This document shows positions 26,272 through 38,570 of a stretch of 64,000 nt of DNA, piece after piece. Origin of the DNA: Octopus vulgaris (Eukaryota); NCBI GenBank assembly GCA_951406725.2, contig OX597816.1, positions 68,696,001 through 68,760,000 of the forward strand, written 5' to 3'. The notes under the pieces were generated by a model, which saw only the letters and a list, made by a program, of their open reading frames with translations, did no database searches and was not told the DNA's origin. Positions within the stretch are counted from its first letter, which is position 1. Each line of letters opens with the position of its first letter. The translations under genes were made by a program, and so were the position numbers.

Positions 26272-26701
26272 TTCAGCCTTCTATATATTGTAAAAGGTAA
26301 CACAGGGTAGATGTTTTTTTAAAGTAGGATTATAAACACCTAAGCTCATAAAAGATATATATAAGCTAGTCAGCAAATCAATACCCACAATATCTCTCTC
26401 TCTTGCTCTTTTTACTTGCTTCTCTCTTCTTCCGATTTTTACATTATCTTTTCTCTTTCGTTTCTATTCGTCACTCTTCCTATGTTTGTATTACCTTGTT
26501 TTCATCTAATTTACCATTCTTTGTGCAGGCTACAACGATGTTGTCATTCATGAAGGCTGTTTATTTATTATTTTTGTTCAGTCAATCAATAGACCGATTG
26601 AGTGAATATAAACATGAACACACCTATCATCTCTATCAGAAACAGGTGTTTCTGGTGTAAATGCCATTATTTTTGCCTTTTGCTTATACTCATACACACA
26701 C

Positions 26702-26741
<40 letters not shown>

Positions 26742-26905
26742 CGTAAAGTATATTTGCCACTTAAATGTGGCTAACCACTAAGGGTCGATGCTACTGTAGC
26801 TTGTAGTCCCAGAAGAACATCTTCTCCAGCTGGCTATTGACACACTTTCTGTGTCCTGTCAGTATTTGCAAAGGGAAGCCATCCTTCCCATCGTCGACCT
26901 GACAT

Positions 26906-26993
<88 letters not shown>

Positions 26994-27358
26994 AATGAGG
27001 AAATTGCGGACAAGAAGAAGTACGGTTGGATATTTTTTTTATTATACGCTACAGTAGTTTCGACGCAACGTAGTTCTCCAAGAATAGAGGTATTTCATTA
27101 TGTAATTGTTTGTTTGCATAATGAGACCTATTTGCTTTTCCTCGAGGATTATACGAGTATTGTCTCAATTAGTTAAAAGTCGTTTACTTCAAGGCCTCCC
27201 CTCTTTTTGTCGTGGTTCGAATTTATATTCACACACGACGGATGCCAAAATTTAAACTTTGGAGTATATAATAACGCTAGCGACACTACTGAGTAATTCT
27301 GAAGGTGAACGGGCTCTATACTGTTCTCTACCACGTTTCTGACAGAATATAACCTAAC

Positions 27359-27408
<50 letters not shown>

Positions 27409-27529
27409 CGGTTGGATATTTACCCTCCGGCTGCACCTCTCCTACATACGGATCACTGTGGACTCTACTCTTGATGAGAAATACTTGCAATACACCACGG
27501 CGTCAAAAAACCTTTGAAAAAAGGTCAGT

Positions 27530-27730
27530 CGCCATAATAGATCGTTAGCCACTACACACTTTCTTTTTCTCTCCTTGTTTCTCTCCTTATTTTTTCTGTG
27601 TCTCTTTCGAGCGTAGGCTGGAAACGTAAAATACTTTTTCTGCTCCTGAGCGTTATACTAATGCATCTGTTTGTTTTGTATACCACCTGTCTTCGTCTTT
27701 TGTCTTTTTCGTAAACTCTCCCTATATATA
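27530..27730 (+). mobile_element. PLE-derived short repeat ending in (TA)n
   Basis: Homologous to 31720-31930; HHR core partly deleted (tttc-gagcgtaggctggaaacgtaaa). Confidence 0.6.
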
Positions 27731-27799
27731 TATGCAATAAAAATTTTTTCTTAAGTAAAAAGAAGATGGAAGTGGTATTAATTCTTTTGTACAACGGTC

Positions 27800-28150
27800 G
27801 TTTGTATTGCATCAATTTTGCAGTCTGGGTCTCATCAGGTACATCCATACATAAAGTTGTTTCTCGCAAAAGATTCTGAGTTTTAGCTGTCATGTTGTTA
27901 TATGCGTGTCTGGTTAGGAAATGAGACATCGCTACAATTTACACTTACAAATCTCTTTCTTCCGTAAGAGTTGCAAAACACTTGTAAATACAAAGATTTG
28001 ATGATAAAAAAAAGGATTCTAGGAGAAGTTGATAGACAGGGATGTATTGAGCTAGAGGAATGGTATTAGAAGATGGAAGGGAGAAATATATATGCAGGTT
28101 GTAATGTTTAGGGATAACAAAAAGGTGTTTAGGTAGCTAGCGTGGATCAG
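27800..28150 (-). mobile_element. Possible decayed PLE reverse-transcriptase thumb fragment
   Basis: Remnants SSS.HP...MSHFLTRHAY resemble the PLE motif SSxHP...MxxFFxxRGY; frameshifted. Confidence 0.3.
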
Positions 28151-28391
28151 GATGTGAATACACACTCACGCACGCGCACTCTCTTTCGTACATGCACTCA
28201 CACAAGGGACGTTGGCCCACCCGCCCACACGGTCAATCTCGCCCGTATTTCCTGTAATTTATGGTTGGAAGATAACCTCATGAGGAGTGTGTCGTCACGC
28301 TCACCTCGAGATTAGGGCAGCTCGCAGACAGTCTACATATACAGATATACACGTACTTATGTCTGTATATGTATAAACACACATATATATG

Positions 28392-28437
<46 letters not shown>

Positions 28438-28441
<4 letters not shown>

Positions 28442-28949
28442 CTAAGTAATTAAGGGTTTAGCAACGATTTGCCTCACCACACACCGAATTTAGAAATAGC
28501 AGTCAAAGAGTTATGGCTATTCTTTCTATTTAAAAGAGAGATCTCATTAAAAAGCACAGCACTTAAAAGGCAAACAACGCAGGTAAAAGAGAAAGAAATG
28601 ACGATAATCATTCTATATTAAGTCACCTACGGACGTACGTTTCGAAGTTAAGTCATAGGAAAGCATAAAAATTAAATAATTATGTCTTACCCGACTACTT
28701 TTCTCCTCAGCGTTGGACTCTACATTTATAAATAATTGTTTATTAAATTTGGAGGCACTAGAAGACATCACCTCAACTCATGGTATCAGAGCGAGCGTAA
28801 GCCGTGACCAGTAACACCAAATTCAAAGTGTGAATGACAGTATGTGTCACCATCCTCCTCCCACCAGCGTGCTGCCAGAATAAGATGTTGCGGCTATTTA
28901 CTGGGATGAAATATGGTTATCAATAATAATATAGGGTGATTATTATTGA

Positions 28950-28953
<4 letters not shown>
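28438..28953 (-). mobile_element. Solo PLE pLTR-like element flanked by (TA)n
   Basis: Contains an intact-core HHR; bounded on both sides by (TA)n. Confidence 0.6.
28626..28716 (-). ncRNA. Type I hammerhead ribozyme motif with long stem II
   Basis: ccaacg-CTGAGGA-[g...~60 nt imperfect hairpin...c]-GAAAC-gtac-GTC-cgtagg; palindromic stem III ACGTACGT; GUC cleavage triplet. Confidence 0.75.
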
Positions 28954-29008
<55 letters not shown>

Positions 29009-29074
29009 ATGTGTGTGTGTGTATATACATACATACATGCATGCATACATACATACAGATATATATACATAAAA

Positions 29075-29275
29075 AATGTGACCGCGTGTGTTTCTTCGGC
29101 GAATTTTTTCCCCCCGTCTTCCCTACCTTGGATCTTTCCTTTTCCTATGTTTCAGACGAAGAGCTCTGCTGGAAACGTTAAATCCTCCTTCTTTCTTTCC
29201 TTTACTGGAGCGTCGAATAACACTATACTTGTTCCACGTCTTCGGATTGTTGTGTTTTCATGTTTGGATTAACTA
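29075..29275 (+). mobile_element. PLE-derived repeat with decayed hammerhead (29150-29182)
   Basis: ttt-CaGACGA-a-gagc tct gctg-GAAA-CGTT-aaa; ends in (TA)n. Confidence 0.55.
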
Positions 29276-29329
29276 TATATATATATATACATACATATAT
29301 ATATACATACATACATATATATATATATA

Positions 29330-30039
29330 CCGTATTTGACGGCATATAGAACGCACTTTTTTCCAAAAAATTTGGCTAAAAAAATCGCCCTGCGTTCAAT
29401 ATGCGAAGTCAAGACCCTCCCGTAGGCTAATCTTCTCCCAGACGCTCACTAACCTAATTACGATAAGTATTTCTACCTATGCTAACGCCTTAATGATATT
29501 TTCCGTACTCATGCATCATTATTTTATTGCTAGTATTATTATTATTATTATTATTACCAGTATTATTACTTTAAAATACGAATTATCGTAAAAATCAAAG
29601 CAATCTACCGTAAATTGTTAGGCTGCGATCCATGACACACGTTTACTAATATCAGCTGATCGGAACCCTAACTCGATGCCATCTGTGAGGAGTAAAACTA
29701 CATCGTTGCGAGTTCGTGTATATACGGAGGTAGGTTGGATATCTCGGTACAACAAAGTTTATGATCATAACAAAACACACTACAACAGTACAAGCGCCCT
29801 CACGGTTATGGCAACACCCTCACGGCTATGGCAACACTCTCACGGCTATTGCAATTTGTATGCTTTCCTTTTGTATGCTTGCTTTTATACTGCAATATTT
29901 TCTGCTTTTGTAATGAGCTGCTAGACTGCTTTCAACAATATATGCTTAAATACACTTAAAAATTTTTTTCCTGAATTTGACCTGCTGAAATGAGGGTGCG
30001 TCTAATATGCCAGTGCGTCTAATATGCCGTCAAATACGG
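29330..30039. mobile_element. Non-autonomous Tc1/mariner (Tc2/pogo-like) MITE
   Basis: 27-bp TIRs ccgtatttgacggcatatagaacgcac / gtgcgtctaatatgccgtcaaatacgg, TA on both flanks, subterminal TIR sub-repeats, internal 3x ~20-bp repeat at 29800-29853. Confidence 0.9.
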
Positions 30040-30446
30040 TATATATATATATATATATATATATATACGTATATACACAAACACATACATGTAGATCCAC
30101 CTATATATATATATACCTGTCTAACGACCATTGTACAAAATATAGGTTAATACGAAATCCATCTTCTAAATACGTAAGAAATTATTATTATTATTATCTC
30201 AATTAAGACTGCGTAGTTTCTGCTGTAGATCCAACGGAAGTATACCCGGATTGCGGACGACACCAAGTATCCCAAACTATGCGAGTACTCTACTCAACAC
30301 TTTAACACAATAAACGACATATACCCATCAGTCCAAAATCTTTAATATATATATATGTATATATTTGTGTGTACATATATATATATATAATATATATATT
30401 ATATATATAAATTCATATAATATATATATATAATATATATATATGT

Positions 30447-30622
30447 GTTACAACCGATGCTGGTGTGTTTACGTCCCCGTCACTTAGCGGTTCGGCAAAA
30501 GAGACCGATAGAATAAGTACTGGGCTTACAAAGAATAACTCCCGGGGTCGAATTGCTCGACTAAAGGCGGTGCTCCAGCATGGCCGCAGTCAAATGACTG
30601 AAACAAGTAAAAGAGTAAAAGA
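30447..30622 (+). mobile_element. SINE family B, 3' half
   Basis: acaaccgatgctggtgtgtttacgtccccg...gaaacaagtaaaagagt. Confidence 0.8.
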
Positions 30623-30623
30623 A

Positions 30624-30671
<48 letters not shown>

Positions 30672-31236
30672 TTTTGTAGTTCTCTTCGTTACTTTTCCAT
30701 TTGAAAGATTTGTTGCCACGAAAATATTTCAATCATGTTTGGTTATTATCCAGCATTGAATCGTATTCCCAAATAAAAGATTATGTGAATTGATTCTCGT
30801 GTCATTTAAGTGTATTTTAATTAAAACACACGCAAACAAAGAAACAGACATATATATATATATATATACATACATAAGAGACATAGATAATAGTCGCACC
30901 CATAATCACATTGTTTGAATAAAGACATTAAAACCAGTATTACAAAAAACTTATACCCACACAAAAAGAAAACTAGTTGAGCAAAAATATATGGATAAAT
31001 GGATAAATGATATGAAAAAATAAATGAACAAAAACGTTCACACCCAACTCACCAACAAACGATAATTAAATTATCACTTTCTCCACATATAAAAGCAAAT
31101 AGTACTAACGCCACGCAAGAGAGATAACACATTTGTTTCCGTATTTCATGTTGTTTACACAGTTGGTAACGTCCTATACCCACATATGCATATATATACA
31201 TACATACTGGACCTTATCGCGTATATATACATACAT

Positions 31237-31316
<80 letters not shown>

Positions 31317-31327
31317 GTGTGTGCTTG

Positions 31328-31363
<36 letters not shown>

Positions 31364-31384
31364 TTTGTGTGCGTGTGCATATAT

Positions 31385-31675
31385 CGGTACAGGACATCAA
31401 CAACTGTGTAAACAACATGAAATACGGAAACAAACGAGTGGAAAAATGGAAAACAGGACATGTAAACACAGAGACCGACCCTTTATCATTTGTCGGCTGT
31501 CTCTCTACTTCTGATTTCGCGCAGAGGTGTTGATAGACTGCTGATAATTGATGAAGTGTCGTTTTCTGTGTTTATCTGTGGTGTTTTCCATTTTTTTCTC
31601 TCGTTGTTTGCGTATTGAACACGTTTGTTTTCGTATTTCATGCTGCTTATACAGTTGGTGACGTTCTGTACCCAT
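31385..31675. repeat. Inverted pair of one repeat (foldback), with a third partial copy at 31130-31185
   Basis: ggtacaggacatcaacaactgtgtaaacaacatgaaatacggaaacaaacg pairs with cgtttgttttcgtatttcatgctgcttatacagttggtgacgttctgtacc. Confidence 0.75.
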
Positions 31676-31681
31676 ATATGC

Positions 31682-31719
<38 letters not shown>

Positions 31720-31723
<4 letters not shown>

Positions 31724-31935
31724 CGGGAAGCTTTACGAAAATAAACAAAAAACGAAGGCAGGTGGAGTACAAACAAACAGTTGTATTAGTATGGCGCTCA
31801 GGAATAGAAATAAAACAAGTCTTTTACGTTTCAAGCCTACGCTCTTCAACAGAAAGATACACAGAATAGAAACACGGAGAGAAACAAGGAGAGAAAAAAA
31901 TGCGTGCAGGAGCTAACGATTCAACATGGCGGTTT
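31720..31935 (-). mobile_element. PLE-derived short repeat with CUGUUGA hammerhead-like motif (31820-31857)
   Basis: Minus strand tcttt-CTGTTGA-a-gagcgtaggctt-GAAA-CGTA-aaaga; 3' end runs into (TA)n. Confidence 0.65.
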
Positions 31936-34079
31936 GATTTCGGCCAGAAGTCAGAGATCAGACGTTAGACGCAAGAGGAATAGTAGGGGAGATAACAGGG
32001 TCGAATGACCTCGCCCCAACATAAGGGTGCGTGTGTGTATGAGAGAATATGTATGTGCGTATGAAAGGTCTGGACGTGTGTATGTATGTATGATGTGATG
32101 TGTAATGTCGTATGGTGTAGTGTAGTGTCATATGGTGTAGTGTAGTGTGGTGTGATGTGGGGAGGTGGGGAAAGCCCATGTGGGGTGTGGGGTCGCCTGG
32201 GGGTTGGGGTAGAGTGGGTGTTTTCATGTATGTGTGCATTCGTGTATATTGTTGCAATATATGTCTATGCATGTATATATACGCATATACACACTCTCAC
32301 GTGCACACAAACGCACAGCCATAAGAACACACAAGGAATGAAACTCAAACGTTTATATATCTAATCGAAGCTACATGCATTTCAACACCTCGGGCATTTG
32401 TCCAACAATGTGTATTATTAGAGGATATTACGTAATATTAGGTACCGAATTATCAAGCAATAACAACTAAAATTATCCTTTGATTTGATGTTACTGTAAA
32501 CGGGTGTATATAGTCCGATAAAATAATGAGGATATACAACAATACAATATCAGTTAATGTGATATTATATTATGCATTGTTGAATAAATGACCAAGGTAT
32601 TGAAACGGCTATAGCAATGTTTCGGAACTTTCCATTTTTTATTTCATTACTGTATATGTATATACGAGGGTGTGGTGCAAAGTTTAAGGGCATGATTGTG
32701 TGTGTTACCTTTTGTCCTACATTTACTCTGTATATCATAATATTGAAATCAATATGCATGACTCTAAGGGCATCACGAGGGGCCTGCTTGGAGGACCAAA
32801 CTACTGAGGTCTTTTACTGAAAGACTGCTTCTATAAGTGTATGTACCTGAGAGGGGTATATGTGGAATAAAATCATAATTATGTGATCTTCCTGTATTTC
32901 CTGTTACCTAAAGCTTAGAACATTTCAGCATCCATCTTAAGTGCACACACGCACACACTCGCACTCACATGCAAACATATGTGTGTGTATGTATGAGTGT
33001 GTGTCTGTGCCTGAATGAGTATGTGCATGTATATCTATATGCATGTGTGTATGTACGCATGTACTGGGTGATAACGAGGGCTTGTCGAATGCTCAAATCC
33101 CAACGGAGTAATCGCAACTTTGAAATGAATATATATGAATATAAATGAATTCTATATATAAATTGAATATACACATCACTCACATACACTTGCGAGCTCA
33201 CACATACAAAGGAAAATATAGTTATGTACATAGGTATGTTTGCTTCTTGGAGATATTGCCTCGCTGCCTATGGAAATTTATTAGAAACAAGTGTACTTGG
33301 TTTCCAGAAAATGTTCTGAAGAAATCTCATTATAAAAATTAATTTCACTTATGACGACTTCGGAAATGAAAATTTATAGAAATAATTATATAACTTATAT
33401 AAAAATGCAATCTTATATTCTTGTCATATGAACCAATTTTATAATCTCTCACTCACTCGTTACTCCTAGCCATTCCGTCACACATTCTCTCCTTCTTTCT
33501 GTCTCTCTTTCTCTTTCGTCCTCACTAAATGAATGTGTGTGTGTATATATGTAAGTATGCATATGCGTGAGTAATTAATATACAGATATATCTATATATA
33601 TGTAATACACAAATATATATATATATATGTACATATATACATACACATACATGTATAAACACTCACACAGAAATATATATTTATATACAGTGTGTGTGTG
33701 TGTGTGTGTATGTGTGTGTGTGTGTGGGTGGGTGTATATATGTGTGTGTGCGTGCATATGCATACATAGATATATATAATATTTATAATATCTTTAAAAG
33801 CATGTATTTTAAAAGATATATGTGTGTGTGTGTGTGCATATATTACTCCAACCTTTCCCTCTCTCTTCCACCCTTCCTCTCCCTCTGTTGCTCCTTATAA
33901 ACATGTGTCTATTGATTTTAATGTTATGATATATAGAGTAAATGCAGGAGAAAAGGAAACACGCAAACACATATTTCTACATACAACATACACACACACA
34001 CACGCACGCATAAACGCGCACATTCACACACCCACTCACATATATATGCACACACACACACACACACATATATATATGC

Positions 34080-34121
<42 letters not shown>

Positions 34122-34169
34122 ATATATGCATATACATATAAATATATATATATATATATATATACATAC

Positions 34170-34202
<33 letters not shown>

Positions 34203-34258
34203 ACATTATTGGTGAATTGAAGAAATGGAGCTGAACGCAGATTGAACAGAAATCGTTT

Positions 34259-34352
34259 TATTTCATTCTACACGTGTTTCGAAAGGCACAAATTACCAAA
34301 ATCCGATGGAATAATGGGACCATATTGTGTCTTTCTCTTCAGGAAGAAAATA
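34259..34352 (-). ncRNA. Type I hammerhead ribozyme motif (mirror copy)
   Basis: Exact reverse complement of 35073-35166. Confidence 0.75.
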
Positions 34353-35072
34353 GGAAATCCGTTGGAAAAACAAAAACAGAACATTTTGTTTGCCAGAGGC
34401 CGGATGGTAAACGGGCTTTTACAGTCGGCTTTTCGATGCCCCCATTGGCGGCGTTACACTTATCTGGCTTTAAAATAGCGTTTATAAATAATACCGGCAC
34501 CCATAACCCTTGGTAACAAATTCTGAAATAGCCTTTAAGATATCTACGATTAACCACTGCAAGGGGAATTACTCCTGTAAGACAAACGGGGCTTGGTTTT
34601 TTCACAGCGGGGGGTTTCCTTGACAAGGCAGGTTTAGATGAGAACACACACACACATAAAACATGATGTATATATATATATTTTTTTTTCTGCCACCCAA
34701 CGGTCATCACGGCAGTAGCCACTGACAGCCGAACGATCAAACGCACACACGTACACAAAAAATGTTTTCTACCCCTACGCCAACACACACGTATATAGAA
34801 CAGTATACACACACACACGTCTCTAAGTAGATTTTTTCTCGCCCCTTATAAAACATCCAATATTCCTTAAATAGTCAGAACTTTATTCTCGGTCACAAAG
34901 AACATCTACGCCCCCTCACCCACATGATTGACCGATGCCTGACCCGTTGAATTCTTCAGCCACCGGTTCTCAACATACACTGATAAACAGTTTCGCCATG
35001 GGCTCTTAGGAGCATAGTTCGATTTGTTTTTGCTCCGCCTCTGTTCTGTTTTTGTTTTTCCAACGGATTTCC

Positions 35073-35166
35073 TATTTTCTTCCTGAAGAGAAAGACACAA
35101 TATGGTCCCATTATTCCATCGGATTTTGGTAATTTGTGCCTTTCGAAACACGTGTAGAATGAAATA
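35073..35166 (+). ncRNA. Type I hammerhead ribozyme motif with long stem II
   Basis: tattttcttc-CTGAAGA(35083-89)-gaaagacacaa...ttgtgcctttc-GAAA(35145-48)-c acgt GTA-gaatgaaata; stem II base 10/11 bp; palindrome ACACGTGT. Confidence 0.8.
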
Positions 35167-35373
35167 AAACGATTTCTGTTCAATCTGCGTTCAGCTCCAT
35201 TTCTTCAATTCACCAATAATGTTCTAATTTCAATTATCCGCACCAACGCACGGTTGCAACACCATATGGTTGTACCTCCAACCGTGCTGTTTTACTGCTG
35301 TGATTTTTGCTACTAAGGTATCGGTTAAACTTTTGATTAATCTACTACAAGATTATTCATCTTTCTATTTCAC

Positions 35374-35427
<54 letters not shown>

Positions 35428-35661
35428 CATATATATATATTTTTTTCTATTCCTGAGCGTTATACTAATACATCTGTTTGTTTTGTACACCACCTGTCTT
35501 CGTCTTTTGGTTTTTTTTCGTAAATTCTCCCTGTATATATGTATATATATATATATAAGCCTTTTATTTTTTTATTTACGTTGTGCATTTTCGGTGATTT
35601 TTTCTTATTTTCCCCTTACATTTCCACGTGTATATTATATTTTATATTTGTAACATATTTT

Positions 35662-35779
<118 letters not shown>

Positions 35780-36075
35780 CCGCCAAATTGGCTCTCTTTT
35801 CATTGGTAGTTTGTAACTCAGAGTTTCGGGGAGGAAGGTAGACCTGCATTTCATGTCACATTATGTCACGATGTTACTTGAAGCGTATCACGAATGTAAT
35901 TCTCGAAAACTTATTTTCTATAACATAATAAATATGATTTTTTTGCAATATTCATTTTCTAGAATGTCACTATGTCGCCTTTTTACTTAGTCTTTAATAT
36001 TTAATATAATATTCTTGGATGTTATCTCGTTGTAAAATTAGGCCCTCTATTTTAGGTAATGGCTTAGAATAAAGC

Positions 36076-36380
36076 CGGCACTCTGTCGGTAACGACGAAG
36101 ATGGCTCTTGTAGATTTCATCAACGGAACAGTCTCCTCATGAAACTAACGTGCAAGTGACTGAGTACTCCACAGTCACGTGAACCATTAATGTAATTCTT
36201 AAGAAGATTCTGCATGATACAGAGTGTGATAAGACTGATCCTTTGAATTAAAAGTACAAGTCATTTTTGCCAGCCGAGTTTGACTGGGTTGACGTGAAAT
36301 ATAGTGTCTTTTTTGAAGGACAAAACGCTCCGCCCGGAATCGAACTCGCGAGCTGAATAACCTAACCGCAAGCCACGCGC
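36076..36380 (-). mobile_element. SINE family D
   Basis: Reverse complement homologue of 12884-13197. Confidence 0.65.
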
Positions 36381-36395
36381 TTTCTCTCAGCTTAC

Positions 36396-37234
36396 ATATA
36401 TATATATATAACTCAACTTGTGTGTCTGTGTGTGTATCTGTGTGTGTGTCTGTGTGTTTAACTTCCCGGCACATCTCCTCCTAGCCAACAAATCGTAGAA
36501 CCACCAGAAATGGGGCACTTAAAGTTTAGGCGAATGAAAATTGAACTGCGCTAATTCTGTTCCGAAATTCATCTCGCAAGTGCAAAAATCGATAATGTGT
36601 TTGTTTAGGCCTTATCCCATGCATTGAATAGTGAACTTTACTCAGTCAGCTGTTTGCCATGAACTATGTTGACCACGCGTGCAAGCATGCATAAATTGCA
36701 TGAAAAATAAAAAAAATCAAGATATAAAAACTAATCGCCGTAAACATTGTAGAAATTCCGCATAGAAATGAATTTTCGGGATGTTGCCTGGAGGGTTTTT
36801 TCGTATTAATCGTTTGGGTTTTGTGAACACATACCAATTGTTTTCATAACATTTTTAACGCTTTGAATTAAATGTGACCATTTTGCGTTGAGTCTGCAGT
36901 TTGAATCACTTTAACCAAATTTTAGCAGGCCGGATTTTTGATCATCACGATACATCGCCAGCGACTCCCTGAAACTCTCCCCTGAAATCCCCGTTGAGAA
37001 ATACTGATCTAAAAGAATAATTCAACAATGCAATTATTTGATCAACAAAAATTTATGAAACGCTTCTACGTACTTCCTATTGAGGAAATGGAACACATAA
37101 GCGCAAAAATAGAGGGCATTAAATGCTTGATTTTAAAACCAAAATAATTTAATTTTGATTGAACTTCATCCAAGTTTAGCTTAATTCGCGCGTGCATATA
37201 ACGCACGAGCGCACGAACCGGGCAATACTGCTAG
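36396..37234 (+). mobile_element. Non-autonomous Helitron-type element
   Basis: 5' (TA)n then tgtgtctgtg repeats; 3' ...aaccgggcaatactgCTAG|T, like 19711-20096. Confidence 0.55.
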
Positions 37235-37343
37235 TTAAAGATAAATCAAACTAATTAGCGTCTTCAGTACACATCACGTTTGATTACGTCCCTCCTGAAA
37301 ACTATTAGTGTTTTTGTAGTAGAAATATGCTTATTTAAAAGTG

Positions 37344-37725
37344 TTGAGGCGCAATGGCCCAGTGGTTAGGGCAGAGGACTCGCGGTCATAGGATCGCGGT
37401 TTCGATTCCCAGACCGGGCGTTGTGAGTGTTTATTAAGCGAAAACACCTAAAGCTCCACGAGGCTCCGGCAAGGGATGGTGGTGATCCCTGCTGTACTCT
37501 TTTACCACAACTTTCTCTCACTCTTACTTCCTGTTTCTGTTGTACCTGTATTTCAAAGGGCCGGCCTTGTCACTCTCTGTGTCACGCTGAATATCCCCGA
37601 GAACTACGTTAAGGGTACACGTGTCTGTGGAGTGCTCAGCCACTTACACGTTAATTTCACGAGCAGGCTGTTCCGTTGATTCGGATCAACCGGAACCTTC
37701 GTCGTCGTAACCGACGGTGTGCTTC
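37344..37725 (+). mobile_element. SINE family C (tail type 1), full length
   Basis: A box tggcccagtgg, B box gtttcgattcc; TSD ATTTAAAAGT at 37333-37342 and 37733-37742. Confidence 0.9.
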
Positions 37726-38164
37726 CAATCCCATTTAAAAGTAAGCACTTACAAAACTCTCATTGCTTGTTTACAAAAAGAGAGAAGGTAAATAATATAA
37801 AGTGGACAGCCAGTGTGTCCAATGCCGCTCATATCGAACATGCTGAGTCACGTTGACAGCGAGTAGAATGGAACTACCAGCCTCTACTAGATTCAAACCA
37901 AGCAAATGGATGCGTTAGTATCAAAGTAGAAGGTTTTGCAACTAACGGGGACGGCAATTGTATATCACTTGAAGAAATACAACCAGATCCGTTGCATAAT
38001 TAAAATACTGTATATATGCGGATCTCTGTTGTAAGGAAACATGTGTAGTGATTATTAAATAACTGTCTAACTCCTTCTTGTTGACGCAGTCTTATTCAAT
38101 TACACACACATGCACGTACACACACACACGCACACACATATATATATATATATATACCTCTCGC

Positions 38165-38409
38165 GTGTTTCAATCATTCGACTACAGCCATGCTGGGGCA
38201 CCGCTTTGAAGAATTGTAGTCGGACGAAACGAACCCTGTATTAATTTTATTTACTTTATTAATTTTTTTTTAGCGTGGTAATTATTCTAGCGGTCTCTGT
38301 TGCCAAATCACTAAGTCGGCAGGACGTGAACTCACCTACATCGGTTGTCTAGCGGAGGTAGGGTACAAAGATAGACGCAAAGATACCCACAGAACTATCT
38401 GTCTATCCG

Positions 38410-38478
<69 letters not shown>

Positions 38479-38570
38479 TCGACGGGCTCCTTTCAGTTTT
38501 CGTCTACCATATCTACTGAGAAAGATTTGGTTGGCCCGAGGCTTATAGTACACCCAATGCGCCACGCAAA
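38165..38570 (-). mobile_element. SINE family B (old, internal (CTAT)n)
   Basis: gccatgctggggcaccgc...cgacgggctcctttcagttttcgtctacca. Confidence 0.6.

Larger units (their letters stand above)
34202..35377 (+). mobile_element. Young non-coding PLE insertion with inverted partial pLTR
   Basis: Perfect 182-bp inverted repeat 34202-34383 / 35042-35223, each arm carrying an HHR; (TA)n on both flanks. Confidence 0.75.

Noticed and set aside
27040-27200. Possible hammerhead (GAAAC-tact-GTA, minus strand) in a (TA)n-bounded unit
   Set aside because: No intact CUGANGA found; at best a decayed pLTR.
27825-27842. CTGATGAG on the minus strand as a hammerhead core
   Set aside because: No stem II closure or GAAA at a suitable distance.
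34339-34818. 159-aa ORF in the inverted-repeat spacer
   Set aside because: No RT, GIY-YIG or other motif; begins in a (TG) repeat.
37346-37415. tRNA genes at SINE heads
   Set aside because: A/B boxes are present, but there is no convincing cloverleaf and each head continues into a repeated SINE body with TSDs.
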